Shown here: piece after piece, positions 63,015 to 64,000 of the stretch
Position numbering within the stretch: position 1 is the first letter of the stretch
Layout of the letters: every line of letters starts with the position of its first letter
Assembly (NCBI GenBank): GCA_046538105.1
Contig: JBKHJO010000003.1
Span: 4,418-68,417 of the forward strand
DNA: 64,000 nucleotides
Source of the DNA: Anaerolineales bacterium
GTDB lineage: Bacteria > Chloroflexota > Anaerolineae > UBA1429
Direction: 5' to 3'
Program-made: the position numbers and the translations under genes
Notes under the pieces: model-generated
What the model was told of the DNA's origin: nothing
Seen by the model: only the letters and a program-made list of their open reading frames with translations
Database searches by the model: none

Positions 63015-64000
63015 ATGAAAACCATCGAAAAAACCTGGAGCAACTTTAGGGAACGCTGGGGCACGTTGGGGGTGGTACTCCTCGTGCTGGTGCTCCTGTT
63101 ACTCTCCTGTTGTGTATCCACCCTCGCCTTTGGCATGGTCGTGCTGCGGACGGGATCGACCGCCACGCCCATCCCCACGGGTACGCCGGTTCCCATCGAC
63201 ACCCCCACTTTGACAGGCACGCCCATTCCCACAGACACTCCGACGCCAACCGTCGAGACGTTGGAAGGTCTTCAGGTACACGTGTTGGACGTGAGCCAGG
63301 GGGATGCGATCCTCATCCTGCCGCCCGATGATGGGGCGATTCTGATCGACGGGGGGAACGCGGGCTCCGAGGTCGTCGAGTACCTTCTGACCCAGGGTGT
63401 GGAGAGACTGGCCATGGTGGTGGCCACCCACCCCCACGCCGATCACATCGGCGGCCTCGTGGATGTCCTGGAGGCCATGCCCGTGGAGGAGGTGGTCACC
63501 AACGGCCACCCGCACACCACCCAGACCTACGAGCGGTTCCTGGACGCCATCGCTTCAGCCAGAGCGATCTATACAGAGGTCGGGCGAGGGGATACCCTGC
63601 AGGTAGGAAACCTGACCCTTGATGTCCTTCATCCACCCGGCGACTTTGCAGGGGAGGGGCTGAATAACAACTCTCTCGTGTTGCGTCTCGTCCACGGGGA
63701 CGTGGTCTTTCTGTTCCTCGGCGACGCCGAGCGCGAGGCCGAGGAAAGCATGATAGCCTCTGGGCGGGACCTCGGCGCAACGGTACTCAAGGTCGGACAC
63801 CACGGGAGCCGTACCTCGTCGAGTCCCATGTTCCTGGAGCGCGTGCAGCCCGAGGTCGCCATATATTGTTGCGGTCTGGACAACCGTTACGGCCATCCCC
63901 ATGCCGAGACGCTGGCCGCCCTGGCCGATGTGGGGGCAGAGGTTTACGGCACCGATGTCAATGGGACTGTGACGATCACGTCCGACGGCACCAACTATAT
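63015..64000 (+). CDS. ComEC/Rec2-like metallo-beta-lactamase fold protein (runs off window end)
   Basis: Not in the ORF track. My translation gives a TM helix, PT linker, LDVSQGDA, LIDGG, THPHADHIGG, NNNSLV, LGDAE, KVGHHGS, YGHP. Confidence 0.88.
   Translation, partial: MKTIEKTWSNFRERWGTLGVVLLVLVLLLLSCCVSTLAFGMVVLRTGSTATPIPTGTPVPIDTPTLTGTPIPTDTPTPTVETLEGLQVHVLDVSQGDAILILPPDDGAILIDGGNAGSEVVEYLLTQGVERLAMVVATHPHADHIGGLVDVLEAMPVEEVVTNGHPHTTQTYERFLDAIASARAIYTEVGRGDTLQVGNLTLDVLHPPGDFAGEGLNNNSLVLRLVHGDVVFLFLGDAEREAEESMIASGRDLGATVLKVGHHGSRTSSSPMFLERVQPEVAIYCCGLDNRYGHPHAETLAALADVGAEVYGTDVNGTVTITSDGTNY

Overview
A gene-dense, GC-rich chromosomal segment, probably from an anaerobic Chloroflexota (Anaerolineae-like) bacterium. 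That assignment is inferred from the dnaB-dnaD-tandem dnaC block, the GT-C/GH5-like envelope genes and the Pro/Thr-rich secreted proteins. The main feature is a ~12 kb operon (6724-18463) encoding a HydABCSL/Hox-type cytoplasmic [NiFe]-hydrogenase. Its NuoF/HydB subunit carries a GltD/NfnB-like FAD/NADPH domain in place of the usual C-terminal ferredoxin domain. The operon starts with a DRTGG/CBS-kinase/PHP/HATPase cassette normally seen with [FeFe]-hydrogenases, has a Rex-like operator over its -10 box, and is followed by an FNT channel and fdhD. The rest is mostly housekeeping or metabolic: dnaB, surE, rimI, tsaB, tsaE, uvsE, a sigma-70 factor, tRNA-Gly(CCC), a CoA-transferase-GNAT fusion, ADP-forming acyl-CoA synthetase, eno, rdgB, acuB-like, pcm, comF and a comEC-like gene. 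There are also three internally deleted chimeric pseudogenes and several structured intergenic regions, including a candidate attenuator upstream of the sigma gene, a candidate structured RNA upstream of the acyl-CoA synthetase, and REP-like palindromes. No CRISPR array, rRNA, integrase or transposase was seen. All calls come from reading motifs by eye; no searches were run.
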